Shown here one piece after another: positions 25,954 through 35,399 of a stretch of 64,000 bases of DNA; positions within the stretch are counted from its first letter, which is position 1; each line of letters opens with the position of its first letter. The notes under the pieces were generated by a model. It saw nothing but the letters and a program-made list of their open reading frames with translations. It did no database searches and was not told the origin of the DNA. The stretch is from an uncultured Verrucomicrobiae bacterium (GTDB lineage: Bacteria; Verrucomicrobiota; Verrucomicrobiia; Limisphaerales; Palsa-1400), in contig OY969763.1 in the NCBI GenBank assembly GCA_963702845.1, positions 4,864,001 to 4,928,000 of the forward strand, written 5' to 3'. The position numbers and the translations under genes are program-made.

Positions 25954-27102
25954 ATGAAGAATCTTCTTGCCCTTACCCTATTGTGTACCGCTTCTATCAG
26001 CGGATTCGCCGTCACGTTGCCAATCTTTGATCCGTTTACCGATGCTACTGCTTCAAACGGCACCGCCTATGCCGATTCAACATTGCTCCGCGATCAAAAG
26101 AATGCCCAAGGTGTGACCTGGCTTGGAATTAACACCAACCAAAACACCGGCCTGATCACGCTGTCGAGCTATGCGTTTACGAACTACGCCCCCGGCTCAG
26201 CGTTGCCCGCTCCGACCGGTGTCGAAGCCGGACAAGTCGGCGCTCCGGGCACCGGCACCGGCCAAGGCGTGCGATTGAATCTCACTGATTTTGCTACCAA
26301 CGGTATCAGCAACGGCACCGTTTACGCGTCGATGTATCTCCGTTGTAACGATATTAGTTTGTTGCCTGTCAACACCGGAACGGGCGCACTCCAGGGCGGC
26401 ATTTTCCACATCGGCTTTAGCGATACGGTTGGCGCGCAGGGCACCCTCCCGACAATTCTCGGAGGCCGTTGGTATTTCCATAAGTCGGCAACAGATGCTA
26501 GTAAGTACAGCATCGGTATCTCGAAGGTGACCAGCGCGACCGGCGGCTCAAATCCGACTGCCTACTACGACACCCGGGAGTGGAGCACGAGCGACGAACT
26601 CTTCGTTGTGGCGGGGTATACCTTTAATAGCGGCACTACAAACGATGACGTTGTCAAACTGTGGATCAATCCTCCCGCTAACACCCTCGGCGCCGCCAGT
26701 GAGCCCAGCGCCAACGCACAAAGCGGCAACACTGTTTTGGATACGGATCTGAAATCGATCGGCAGCTTCAACATCATGGTGCGCAACACCACTCAAGTCA
26801 CATCAATGCTGTTCGACGAAGTGCGCCTCGGCACGACTTGGGCACAAGTGACTTCGACCAATACCGCTGTCATCCAGCCAATCATTCAACCAACTTTGAC
26901 GGCTTCAGTTATTAACCCGTCGACTGTGCAACTTTCATGGGGAACGAATTCGACCGGGTTTACTTTGCAAAACACATCGGCACTTTTATCGACCAATACT
27001 GCGTGGGTAAACGTAAGTGGCGGAGCGACTGTTTCCGGGACGAATTACCTCCAGACCGATACGATTGGTGGCACGAAGTTTTACCGATTGCTCCATCCAT
27101 GA
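25954..27102 (+). CDS. secreted Thr/Asn/Gly-rich protein with C-terminal FYRL domain (paralog 1)
   Basis: signal peptide from ATG 25954; 'DDVVKLWINP..FDEVRLGTTWAQV' core; ends KFYRLLHP. Confidence 0.75.
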   Translation: MKNLLALTLLCTASISGFAVTLPIFDPFTDATASNGTAYADSTLLRDQKNAQGVTWLGINTNQNTGLITLSSYAFTNYAPGSALPAPTGVEAGQVGAPGTGTGQGVRLNLTDFATNGISNGTVYASMYLRCNDISLLPVNTGTGALQGGIFHIGFSDTVGAQGTLPTILGGRWYFHKSATDASKYSIGISKVTSATGGSNPTAYYDTREWSTSDELFVVAGYTFNSGTTNDDVVKLWINPPANTLGAASEPSANAQSGNTVLDTDLKSIGSFNIMVRNTTQVTSMLFDEVRLGTTWAQVTSTNTAVIQPIIQPTLTASVINPSTVQLSWGTNSTGFTLQNTSALLSTNTAWVNVSGGATVSGTNYLQTDTIGGTKFYRLLHP

Positions 27103-27200
27103 TGACAAGAACATCTTGATTAAAAATGGTTTTGATCCAGCGGTTTCAATTGACCGCTGGATTTTTTTGTTCTATTACGAAGGCGTTGCCCACAGCCGCT

Positions 27201-28307
27201 ATGAAAAACCTTCTTGTTTGCTTATCCCTGTTTGCGTGCTCTCTGAGCGCGTTTGCGTTTCCTTCATTTGAACCGTTTGCAGATTCGACCTCTGTTACCG
27301 GTGGAACTTCCTACGCCGCCGGTGCTGCTTTGGCTGGACAAACCAATTTGTTAGGAGAGGGCTGGGTCGCGATCGGCACCACTGCCACCGGCGCAACCGT
27401 CGTCCTCACCAATGGATCACTGACTGCCCCGGTCGGTTTGCCTTCGTCCACAGGTAATATGGTGCAACTGGTGAATCAACTTGGGCCGGGAGGTCGCTAT
27501 AACTTCTCGTCCCATACGACCGGGAGTGTGTTTTATTCGGTTCTGATCCAATTGAAGGACATCACCAACCTGATCGCTGCCAACACCAATACTCACGGCG
27601 GCGGCGCTTTCAACCTGGGCTTCAATAACTCCACCACTGTTAATCAGGCTGCAAATCCGACTGGATATGGGGCGCCCCTTTTCTATGGCAACGTCACCAA
27701 TAGCAGTGGCGTTTCGCAGGGTTACCTCCTGGGTATTGGCCGTGGCACCGGCTCCACTAACCGATTCTGGGAGACCAATACGTCAAATTTCCACCAGGTG
27801 AGCGATATCGTGTTTGTCGTCGCCTCTTATACCGTCGTGGCGGGCGTCAGCAATGACATTGTTGCGTTGTGGGTGAATCCCGACCCTTCGACTTTTGGCG
27901 CTGCTAGCGCTCCGACGCCTACTATCCTAATCGACGGCGTCACCATCGTAGCGAACGAAGCCGACGTCAGTCCCATCACCAGTTTCCTACTGGCCAATCG
28001 CAACACCGGATCGCCGAACTTAATGTACGCGGACGAACTCCGACTTGGCACAAATTGGGCACAAGTAACTCCAACGACGAACGCGGTGGCGGTTATTCCC
28101 ACGCTGAGTGTTTCGACAATCGACCCAAATACCGTGCAACTATCGTGGCGTGGTGATGCGACCGGTTTTACGCTGCAAGGCACGGGCCAGCTTTTGTCCA
28201 GCGGCACGCCATGGACGGCTGTTCCCGGAACACCTACCACTGCTGGAACGAACTTAATCCAGACGGATGCCATCAGCGGGACGAAGTTTTACCGCTTGTT
28301 CAAGTAG
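27201..28307 (+). CDS. secreted Thr/Asn/Gly-rich protein with C-terminal FYRL domain (paralog 2)
   Basis: signal peptide from ATG 27201; 'NDIVALWVNP..ADELRLGTNWAQV' core; ends KFYRLFK. Confidence 0.75.
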   Translation: MKNLLVCLSLFACSLSAFAFPSFEPFADSTSVTGGTSYAAGAALAGQTNLLGEGWVAIGTTATGATVVLTNGSLTAPVGLPSSTGNMVQLVNQLGPGGRYNFSSHTTGSVFYSVLIQLKDITNLIAANTNTHGGGAFNLGFNNSTTVNQAANPTGYGAPLFYGNVTNSSGVSQGYLLGIGRGTGSTNRFWETNTSNFHQVSDIVFVVASYTVVAGVSNDIVALWVNPDPSTFGAASAPTPTILIDGVTIVANEADVSPITSFLLANRNTGSPNLMYADELRLGTNWAQVTPTTNAVAVIPTLSVSTIDPNTVQLSWRGDATGFTLQGTGQLLSSGTPWTAVPGTPTTAGTNLIQTDAISGTKFYRLFK

Positions 28308-28319
28308 TTAAATCCGGTC

Positions 28320-28348
28320 TTGACCCGAAAACGTTCGCACCCTATCCT
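28320..28348 (+). promoter_or_regulatory. sigma70-type promoter of the ilvB leader
   Basis: TTGACC-N17-TATCCT. Confidence 0.55.
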
Positions 28349-28356
28349 TCGCGACA

Positions 28357-28440
28357 ATGATTTTGAACGCGCTGCAAGTCGTAAGTAAGGTCGTAGTCGT
28401 CGTAACTGACGGCCACGCCGCTGGTGCTTGTCGCGCGTAA
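28357..28440 (+). CDS. ilvB leader peptide (MILNALQVVSKVVVVVTDGHAAGACRA)
   Basis: 27-aa ORF with 7 Val, 2 Leu and 1 Ile codons, directly upstream of a terminator and ilvB; below the ORF-track length cutoff. Confidence 0.85.
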   Translation: MILNALQVVSKVVVVVTDGHAAGACRA

Positions 28441-28457
28441 CGTTTTTTTAGACAAAC

Positions 28458-28490
28458 ACCCACGGCTGGCAACAGTCGTGGGTTTTTTTA
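28458..28490 (+). terminator. attenuator terminator of ilvB
   Basis: acccacggctg-gcaa-cagtcgtgggt plus a T-run; alternative pairing ggtgcttgtc/gacaaacacc overlaps its 5' arm. Confidence 0.85.
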
Positions 28491-28518
28491 TACTTACGAT
28501 TGGCCGCCCATCACAAAC

Positions 28519-30404
28519 ATGAGCACAAAAACTGAAGGTAAGAAGACGGACGCGACCGCCACGAAGGCGAGCGCCACAACGCAACGTTCGGAAATCGGCG
28601 AGCCGATGCTCGGCCGCGACATTTTCGTCAAAGCTCTCGAACGCGAAGGCGTTGAATGTATTTTTGCGTATCCCGGCGGAGCCAGCATGGAAATCCACCA
28701 GTCGCTGACGAAGTCATCGATTCGCACCATTTTGCCGCGCCACGAGCAAGGCGGCTCCTTCGCCGCCGAAGGTTACGCGCGCGCGACCGGTAGAGCCGGC
28801 GTGTGCATGGCGACCAGCGGCCCCGGCGCGACCAATTTGGTCAGCGCGATTGCCGATGCTTACATGGACTCGGTGCCCTTGGTCGCGATCACCGGCCAGG
28901 TGCCGCAAGCGATGATCGGCAAAGGCGCGTTCCAGGAGACTGACTTTTTCGGCATGACGCTGCCGGTGGTGAAGCACAGCTATCTGATCACCGACATCAA
29001 CGATATTCCGCGCATCGTTAAAGAAGCCTTTTACATCGCGCAAACCGGCCGCCCCGGTCCGGTGGTGATCGATTTTCCGAAGAATATTCAGCAGGCAAAG
29101 ACCCAGCCGGTTTGGCCAACTGAAGTCAATTTGCGCGGTTACGATCCAAAGAAGAAAGCCGACGACACTGTCCTGAACGAAATCATCGGCCTGATCGAAA
29201 ACAGCGAGCGTCCGGTGCTTTATTGCGGCGGTGGAATTATCACCGGCCAACGCGTCGGAAGAGTTGCGTCAAGTTTGCTGAAGCAGCGCAGATTCCGGTG
29301 ACCACAACCATCATGGGTTGCGGTGCATTCCCTGAAACGGATCGGCTGTCATTGCGCTGGCTCGGTATGCACGGCGCGGCTTACGCCAACTGGGCCGTGA
29401 GCGGTGAATTTCAGAAGCGCAAAAGCCCTGACGAACCGTTGATCAAGCTGAAGCCCGGCGCTGATTTGCTGCTCGCATTCGGTGTGCGTTTTGACGATCG
29501 CGTGACCGGCAAGGTGGATGAATTCTGCAAGACCGGCACGATTGTTCACATCGACATCGACCAGTCGGAACATAACAAGAATCGCAAAGTGCAATTGGCG
29601 ATCGAGAGCGACATCAAATATGCGCTCAGCCGATTGAACGAAATGATTCGCAAGCGACCGATCAAGAAACGTTTCAACGCGTGGCATGCGCAAGTTGACG
29701 AATGGAAGGAGCGCGCGCCGTTCCGTTATGGCGTGACTGAAGAAGTGATTCGCTCCGAGCACATGCGCGACCATCTTCAAGGCCAGGAAAGCGAAGTCAT
29801 CCTGCCGCAGATGGCGATCGAGATGTTGTACGAGCTCACCAAGGGTGAAGCGATCATCACGACCGGCGTGGGCCAGCACCAAATGTGGGCGGGCCAATAT
29901 TACAAATACAAATATCCGCGCCAGTTCATCACCAGCGCAGGTTTGGGCGCAATGGGTTTTGGTTATCCCTCGGCGCTCGGCATTAAAGTGGCGCATCCCG
30001 ACAAGCAGGTCATCGACATCGATGGCGACGGCTCGTTCCTCATGAACGTGCAGGAACTCGCCACCGCGCACATTGAGAAGATTGCCGCGAAAGCGATGAT
30101 CCTGAATAACCAGCATCTCGGCATGGTGATGCAATGGGAAGACAATTTCTTCGCGGGCAATCGCGGCCACACCTATCTTGGCGACCCCGAGAAGCGCGCA
30201 AACATTTATCCTGACTACATCACAATGGCGAAGAGTTTCAACGTTCCCGCCGAACGCGTCATGTATAAGAAGGACCTGCGCGGGGCCATCCAGCGCATGT
30301 TGGATTCCGACCAGCCCTACGTGCTGGACATCATCACGCCGTATAGCGAGCACGTGTTGCCGTTCATCCCGGCCGGCCGGACGGTGGCGGATATGACTTA
30401 CTAG
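28519..30404 (+). CDS. ilvB: acetolactate synthase large subunit; apparent frameshifts at ~29247-29271
   Basis: [35 protein letters not shown] ThDP motif; the two ORFs join if two extra C are removed. Confidence 0.93.
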
Positions 30405-30424
30405 GCGCAGCTAAGCGACTCACT

Positions 30425-30457
30425 GGCACAGAGACTTTGTCTCTGTGCCTTTTTTAT
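30425..30457 (+). terminator. intrinsic terminator after ilvB
   Basis: ggcacagaga-ctttg-tctctgtgcc followed by a T-run. Confidence 0.8.
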
Positions 30458-31845
30458 TAGACAAACTTCCCCGGATTCAACAATCCCTTGGGATCCAGTG
30501 CCGCCTTAATGCTTTTGTGCATCGCCCGCACTTCTTTTGAAGTTGCGATCGGCCACCAACGCTTCTTGGCCAACCCAATCCCGTGCTCACCGGTAATCAC
30601 GCCGCCTAACGCGAGCACTTTGCGAAACAAATCATCCAACGCGTCCTGCGTCCTCTTCTGGATGTTCGGCCATTTCGCATCGTACATGACGTTGCAATGA
30701 ATGTTGCCATCGCCAGCGTGGCCGAAGCACGCCACCGGCACGTCGTATTTTTTCTGGAGTCGTTCCGCAAACTGGAACAGCTCCTCCAGTTTGCCTCTTG
30801 GAACCACGATGTCCTGGTTCAGTTTGATCAAGCCGGTGTCTCGAAGTGAGTACCAAAATTCGCGGCGCAATCCCCAGAGCTTTTCCACCTCTGCACCGCC
30901 AAGTGCTTTTTGCAACATGACCGGGTTGAAGCGCCGAACGATCTTTTCCAGTGCAAACAATTCCGCGGCCACCGATTTTTGCTGACCGTCCAACTCCACG
31001 AGAATAATCGCGTTACAACCTTCGAGACGTTTGCTGCCGGTACGCTTTCGCGCCGCCGCCAGTGTAAATTTGTCCGCAACCTCCAATGCGCACGGCAAAA
31101 ATCCACCTGCAAAAACTGCTCGAATCGCCCGTGCGGCGTTCTTCATCGAGTCGAAACCCGCGACGATCAACGCGCGATAGGGCGGCAGCGGAATCAGTTT
31201 CAGGGTCGCTTCGGTAATCACACCAAGCATACCTTCCGAACCAACAAACAAACGTGTCAGATCAAAACCAGTTTTGTTTTTATGCGTGCGTCCGCCAAGC
31301 TGGGCAATCGATCCGTCCGCCAATACGACTTCGAGACCAAGAACGTAATCCCGCGTCACGCCATATTTAAGACAACGCGGCCCGCCGGCATTCGTCGCAA
31401 TCGTCCCACCGACGCTCGCGTCGGCCCGGCTCGCCGGATCAGGCGGGTAATACAAACCTTTTTTCTCTGCGTTATCCTGCAACGTTTTCAGAATCACACC
31501 GGGTTGCGCCACCGCAACAAAATCACCCGCATTAATTTCTTTGATGCGGTTCATGCGCTCCATCGCCAGTGCGATTCCTCCAAATTCAGGAACTGCCCCG
31601 CCCACGTATCCAAAGCCCGCGCCACGCGCGGTCACCGGAATATTGTGCTTCGAAGCGAATTTCAAAATCTGCGAAACAGATTCCGTGTTCCTGGGAAAGG
31701 CAACCGCATCCGGCAAATGGCTGGCGAACCATTTATCGCCGGAGTTTTTCTTCCGGACTTCGGCATCAAAAGAAATCTCACTCCTGCCAAGTGAACGCGC
31801 CAGTTCCTGCAGCTTACGCTGGCGATTCTGTTTTTTGGGGGGCAC
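30457..31845 (-). CDS. FAD-linked oxidase (GlcD/D-lactate dehydrogenase family)
   Basis: RGAGFGYVGG, YPPDPAS, ATNAGGPRCLKYGVTRD, FGHAGDGNIH, GEHGIG, LNPGK. Confidence 0.9.
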   Translation of the reverse strand: MPPKKQNRQRKLQELARSLGRSEISFDAEVRKKNSGDKWFASHLPDAVAFPRNTESVSQILKFASKHNIPVTARGAGFGYVGGAVPEFGGIALAMERMNRIKEINAGDFVAVAQPGVILKTLQDNAEKKGLYYPPDPASRADASVGGTIATNAGGPRCLKYGVTRDYVLGLEVVLADGSIAQLGGRTHKNKTGFDLTRLFVGSEGMLGVITEATLKLIPLPPYRALIVAGFDSMKNAARAIRAVFAGGFLPCALEVADKFTLAAARKRTGSKRLEGCNAIILVELDGQQKSVAAELFALEKIVRRFNPVMLQKALGGAEVEKLWGLRREFWYSLRDTGLIKLNQDIVVPRGKLEELFQFAERLQKKYDVPVACFGHAGDGNIHCNVMYDAKWPNIQKRTQDALDDLFRKVLALGGVITGEHGIGLAKKRWWPIATSKEVRAMHKSIKAALDPKGLLNPGKFV

Positions 31846-31859
31846 GGAAAAACGTTCTG

Positions 31860-32093
31860 CTACGCGCTCGCTTCGGCAGAAGCTTCCTCGGGCGAATCAA
31901 GGAGCGCTTTGGCGTCTACCGCCTGGTCATCGGGCACCTGCACAAACAGGCCACCGGAAGTAATGCCGCCGCCCCAGGCCTTTGCTGAGTCCTCGTTTTT
32001 TATTGAGACATCGAATTCGGCGAGTTCCAGGCGAGCGCGGATCAACTCCGCTTCCGCCGGATTAAGCGTGGAGAAAACGGTTACTAAGTCCAT
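31860..32093 (-). CDS. DUF2007-like small protein
   Basis: 'NPAEAELIRARLE...VQVP..AKALL' pattern. Confidence 0.7.
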   Translation of the reverse strand: MDLVTVFSTLNPAEAELIRARLELAEFDVSIKNEDSAKAWGGGITSGGLFVQVPDDQAVDAKALLDSPEEASAEASA

Positions 32094-32180
32094 GATAGAA
32101 GCATGGATTCACTTGACGCATCGCGCAATCCGGAAAAATAACTTGAAACACGTAGTGGAGAAGCAATCCAATGAGGATGA

Positions 32181-32633
32181 ATGGCAAGATTGACGCACAT
32201 TAATTCACGCGGAGAGGCCAGCATGGTCGACGTTTCAGCAAAACCGATCGTCCTGCGCGAAGCTACGGCCGTCGGTGAAATCATTCTGCAACCCGCAACC
32301 GTCCGCGCCATCCGCAAAGACCAAATCACTAAAGGCAACGTGTTGGCCGCCGCTCGCATTGCCGGAATCAGCGCCGCCAAAAAAACTGCCGACCTGATTC
32401 CACTTTGTCATCCCCTGCCACTCACCCACTGTGAAGTGCTGTTTGCTCTTAAACAAAACCGCATCATCATTACTGCATCGGCCAAAATCGCTGCCCAAAC
32501 CGGCATCGAAATGGAGGCGTTGACGGCCGTTTCCGTCGCGGCCCTCACCATTTACGATATGTGCAAGGCGATCGACAAAAAGATGCGCATCGAGAACATT
32601 CACCTCGTCTCCAAGACCAAGAAAGCAATCTGA
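32181..32633 (+). CDS. moaC: cyclic pyranopterin monophosphate synthase
   Basis: MVDVSAK, LIPLCHP, TGIEMEAL, IYDMCKA. Confidence 0.97.
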   Translation: MARLTHINSRGEASMVDVSAKPIVLREATAVGEIILQPATVRAIRKDQITKGNVLAAARIAGISAAKKTADLIPLCHPLPLTHCEVLFALKQNRIIITASAKIAAQTGIEMEALTAVSVAALTIYDMCKAIDKKMRIENIHLVSKTKKAI

Positions 32634-32634
32634 C

Positions 32635-33117
32635 ATGCAAATTGAAGTTGGCATCATCACCATTTCCGACCGCGCCTCCCGCGGCCTTTACGACGACCTC
32701 GGCGGACCTGCGCTCAAGAAAGCAGCCGAAGGTTACGGTTGGAAAATTCTCGCGGATGCACTGGTCCCCGACGAAAAGCGCGACATTCAACGCGCCATTC
32801 GTGAAATGATTTCCAAAGGTTGCGGTCTCATCCTGACCACTGGCGGCACCGGCGTTAGCCTGCGCGATGTCACACCGGAAGCAGTCCGCGAGATCGCCGT
32901 TCGTGAACTTACCGGTTTCGGTGAAGTCATGCGCATGGAATCGATGAAGATTACCAAGAACGCAATTCTTTCCCGAAACCTCGCTGCCGTTGTCGAAAAA
33001 TCTTTGATTGTCTGCCTTCCCGGGAAACCAAGTGGCGCTGTTGAGTGTTTAAGCTTTGTGGTTGGCGCGATTCCGCATTGCGTGGAAGTTTTGCAGGAAG
33101 TACCAACGAGCTGTTAA
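32635..33117 (+). CDS. mog: molybdopterin adenylyltransferase (MogA/MoaB family)
   Basis: TISDRASRG, LTTGGTG..RDVTPEA, LPGKP. Confidence 0.9.
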   Translation: MQIEVGIITISDRASRGLYDDLGGPALKKAAEGYGWKILADALVPDEKRDIQRAIREMISKGCGLILTTGGTGVSLRDVTPEAVREIAVRELTGFGEVMRMESMKITKNAILSRNLAAVVEKSLIVCLPGKPSGAVECLSFVVGAIPHCVEVLQEVPTSC

Positions 33118-33567
33118 ATGAAAATTATTTCAACGCAAAGGCGCAAAATGGCAAAGCCGCAAAGCCAAGAAGGAAGAATCTTTTATCAACTTCGCGTTTT
33201 TGCCTCTTTGCGCCTTTGCGTTCCTGTCTTTTTCGCTTTGTTCGTGGTTGCCGGCTGCGTCAGCAAATCCAAAGCAAGGATCAACGCGCAACAGGCCTAC
33301 ATCGCCGGCCAACAGAGTGCGATGATGACGATGCAGCAGAACAAAACTTCAGTGCAAGTTCGCGGCAACGTGAAGAACACCGTCATTCCGTGGACCGAAG
33401 GTCTCACGATGGCGCAAGCGATCGTCGCCGCAGAATACCAGGGCGCACATGACCCATCGTCGGTCATCATTGTACGCAATGGCACCGGCACCGAAATAAA
33501 AGCAGTGGAACTTTTGCACGGACACGACGAACCGTTGCAACCCGGTGACATGATCGAAATTCGTTAA
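33118..33567 (+). CDS. hypothetical lipoprotein with SLBB-like domain; start uncertain
   Basis: VAGC lipobox; 'VQVRGNVK..GLTMAQAI..LQPGDMIEI' beta-grasp pattern. Confidence 0.6.
   Translation: MKIISTQRRKMAKPQSQEGRIFYQLRVFASLRLCVPVFFALFVVAGCVSKSKARINAQQAYIAGQQSAMMTMQQNKTSVQVRGNVKNTVIPWTEGLTMAQAIVAAEYQGAHDPSSVIIVRNGTGTEIKAVELLHGHDEPLQPGDMIEIR
33132..33222. repeat. ACGCAAAG/CGCAAAG-type inverted repeat
   Basis: aacgcaaaggcgcaaaatggcaaagccgcaaag ... ttcgcgtttttgcctctttgcgcctttgcgtt. Confidence 0.7.
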
Positions 33568-33569
33568 CC

Positions 33570-34661
33570 ATGCGCGAGCCTGAACCACTACAACAAGTCG
33601 ACCGCACCTACGTGCGTCACAAAGGCCAAAAGCTTTCGTACTTTGCCGGCTGCGACTACTTTCGTTTGGCCTGGCATCCAGACGTTCAACGCGCGACTGC
33701 TACCGGCTTAAAGAAATACGGCTTGAGTGTTTCAGCATCGCGCCTCACCACAGGCAACCACAAAATTTTCGCCGAAGTTGAGAAAGCGCTCACAAAGTTT
33801 TTTGATGCCCCGGCCGCCTTGCTCGTTTCCAACGGTTACAACACCAGCGGCATCGTTGCACAGGCATTGCGCGACGACGTATCGCACGTCCTCATCGATG
33901 AAAAAGCGCACGTCAGTCTCAAAGATGCTGCCCGTCAGTTTGATTGTGCGGTGATTACCTTCGCACATCGCGATGCGTCCGACTTAAAACGCAAACTCCC
34001 GCGCTCAAGCAAGCGCATCGCCGTGCTGACCGACGGCATGTTCGCACACGACGGCTATATCGCACCGTTAGACGAGTATGCAAAAGTTTTGCCAAAGAAC
34101 GCCGTTGTGCTCGTCGACGACGCACATGGCGCGGGTGTTCTCGGGCGAACCGGCAAAGGCACACTCGAAGAAACTGGCGTCGCGCGCGCTCGCGTTATTC
34201 AGGCGATCACTCTTAGCAAAGCCTTCGGCGCTTACGGCGGCGCGATTCTGTGCGAACCGGCTTTGCGCGAAAAAATGATCCAAAAAAGCGGCATGTTCGC
34301 CGGTAGCACTCCTGTACCGCTGCCGCTGGCCAATGCCGCGATTGCCGGAATTCAACTTTTGAAGCGCGACAAGAGTTTGCGCCGTCGCCTCTGCCACAAC
34401 GTCCAGTTCGTAAAAACCGCTCTCGCCGCTCACCATCCGACGATCGTCCAAACGCCCGCGCCAATCGTCACGTTAGTTCCTGCTTCGGCCACCGTCGCCG
34501 CAGCCATGCGCATGCGCTTGCTCGCGCATAAGGTTTTCCCGTCCTTCATCCAATATCCGGGTGGACCGCCCAACGGCTATTTCCGTTTCGTCATTTCCAG
34601 CGAGCACACCAAAGCTCAACTGTTCGATCTCGTTTGCGCACTCAGTGAAGGCGAATCATAA
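33570..34661 (+). CDS. 8-amino-7-oxononanoate synthase-like class II PLP enzyme
   Basis: DYFRLA, SRLTTG, DDAHG, TLSKAFG (PLP lysine). Confidence 0.8.
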   Translation: MREPEPLQQVDRTYVRHKGQKLSYFAGCDYFRLAWHPDVQRATATGLKKYGLSVSASRLTTGNHKIFAEVEKALTKFFDAPAALLVSNGYNTSGIVAQALRDDVSHVLIDEKAHVSLKDAARQFDCAVITFAHRDASDLKRKLPRSSKRIAVLTDGMFAHDGYIAPLDEYAKVLPKNAVVLVDDAHGAGVLGRTGKGTLEETGVARARVIQAITLSKAFGAYGGAILCEPALREKMIQKSGMFAGSTPVPLPLANAAIAGIQLLKRDKSLRRRLCHNVQFVKTALAAHHPTIVQTPAPIVTLVPASATVAAAMRMRLLAHKVFPSFIQYPGGPPNGYFRFVISSEHTKAQLFDLVCALSEGES

Positions 34662-35343
34662 CAACCGGCCGTTCGTTTTCCTTAACCTCGCGATCACCGC
34701 CGACGGAAAAATCGCGCCTGCCAATCGTCATTTCATCCCCTTCACCAGTAAACGCGATCAAACACATCTTCTCGAACTCCGCACCCAGGCCGACGCCGTC
34801 ATTTCCGGCGCGCGCACGGTCGACTTATCCGCCGTCACTATGGGATCGGGCGGCGCAAAATACCGGCGCATGCGGCTCAAGAATGGCCTGGCCGAACAAC
34901 CTTTGCGCGTCGTCGTCAGTGGCGGCGGCACGATTGATCCGAACGCCGAGATCTTTAAACGCGGTTCCGCGCCACTCATTATCCTGACTACCGAGCGCGC
35001 CGGCGAACGTCTGAAACAACTGCACGAACTGGCCGACGAAGTAAAAGTCTGTGGAAAAGAACATCTCAACTTTGCATTCGCTCTCGGATGGCTACGCGAA
35101 AAGTGGAAGGTCAAACGACTTCTCTGCGAAGGCGGCGGTGAAATCAACGCCGGTCTATTCGAGGCTGGTCTCGTGGACGAATTGCACCTGACCATCTCGC
35201 CAACAACCATTTTCGGCGGCCGCACCGCACCGACTTTATCAGACGGCAATGGCATCGAGCATCTGACCGACGCTACCAGATTCCGCATCCATTCCAAACG
35301 CCAAATCGGCGACGAGCTTTTCCTCGTGTATCGCAGAGTATAA
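34645..35343 (+). CDS. RibD C-terminal-type reductase
   Basis: RPFVFLNLAITADGKI, LLCEGGGEIN, VDELHLTISP; GTG start overlapping the upstream stop. Confidence 0.85.
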   Translation: MKANHNNRPFVFLNLAITADGKIAPANRHFIPFTSKRDQTHLLELRTQADAVISGARTVDLSAVTMGSGGAKYRRMRLKNGLAEQPLRVVVSGGGTIDPNAEIFKRGSAPLIILTTERAGERLKQLHELADEVKVCGKEHLNFAFALGWLREKWKVKRLLCEGGGEINAGLFEAGLVDELHLTISPTTIFGGRTAPTLSDGNGIEHLTDATRFRIHSKRQIGDELFLVYRRV

Positions 35344-35399
35344 ACGCATTCGTTGAACAAGCTTGGAAAGCTCGAGCACTTTCTGTTAAATCCCGCTCG

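Noticed and set aside
29240..29280. ilvB split as programmed frameshifting or a pseudogene
   Set aside because: Two single-base insertions with no slippery site. Similar indels hit the Ig giant, GH57, prepilin and hydrolase genes with otherwise intact motifs, so sequencing or assembly error is most parsimonious.
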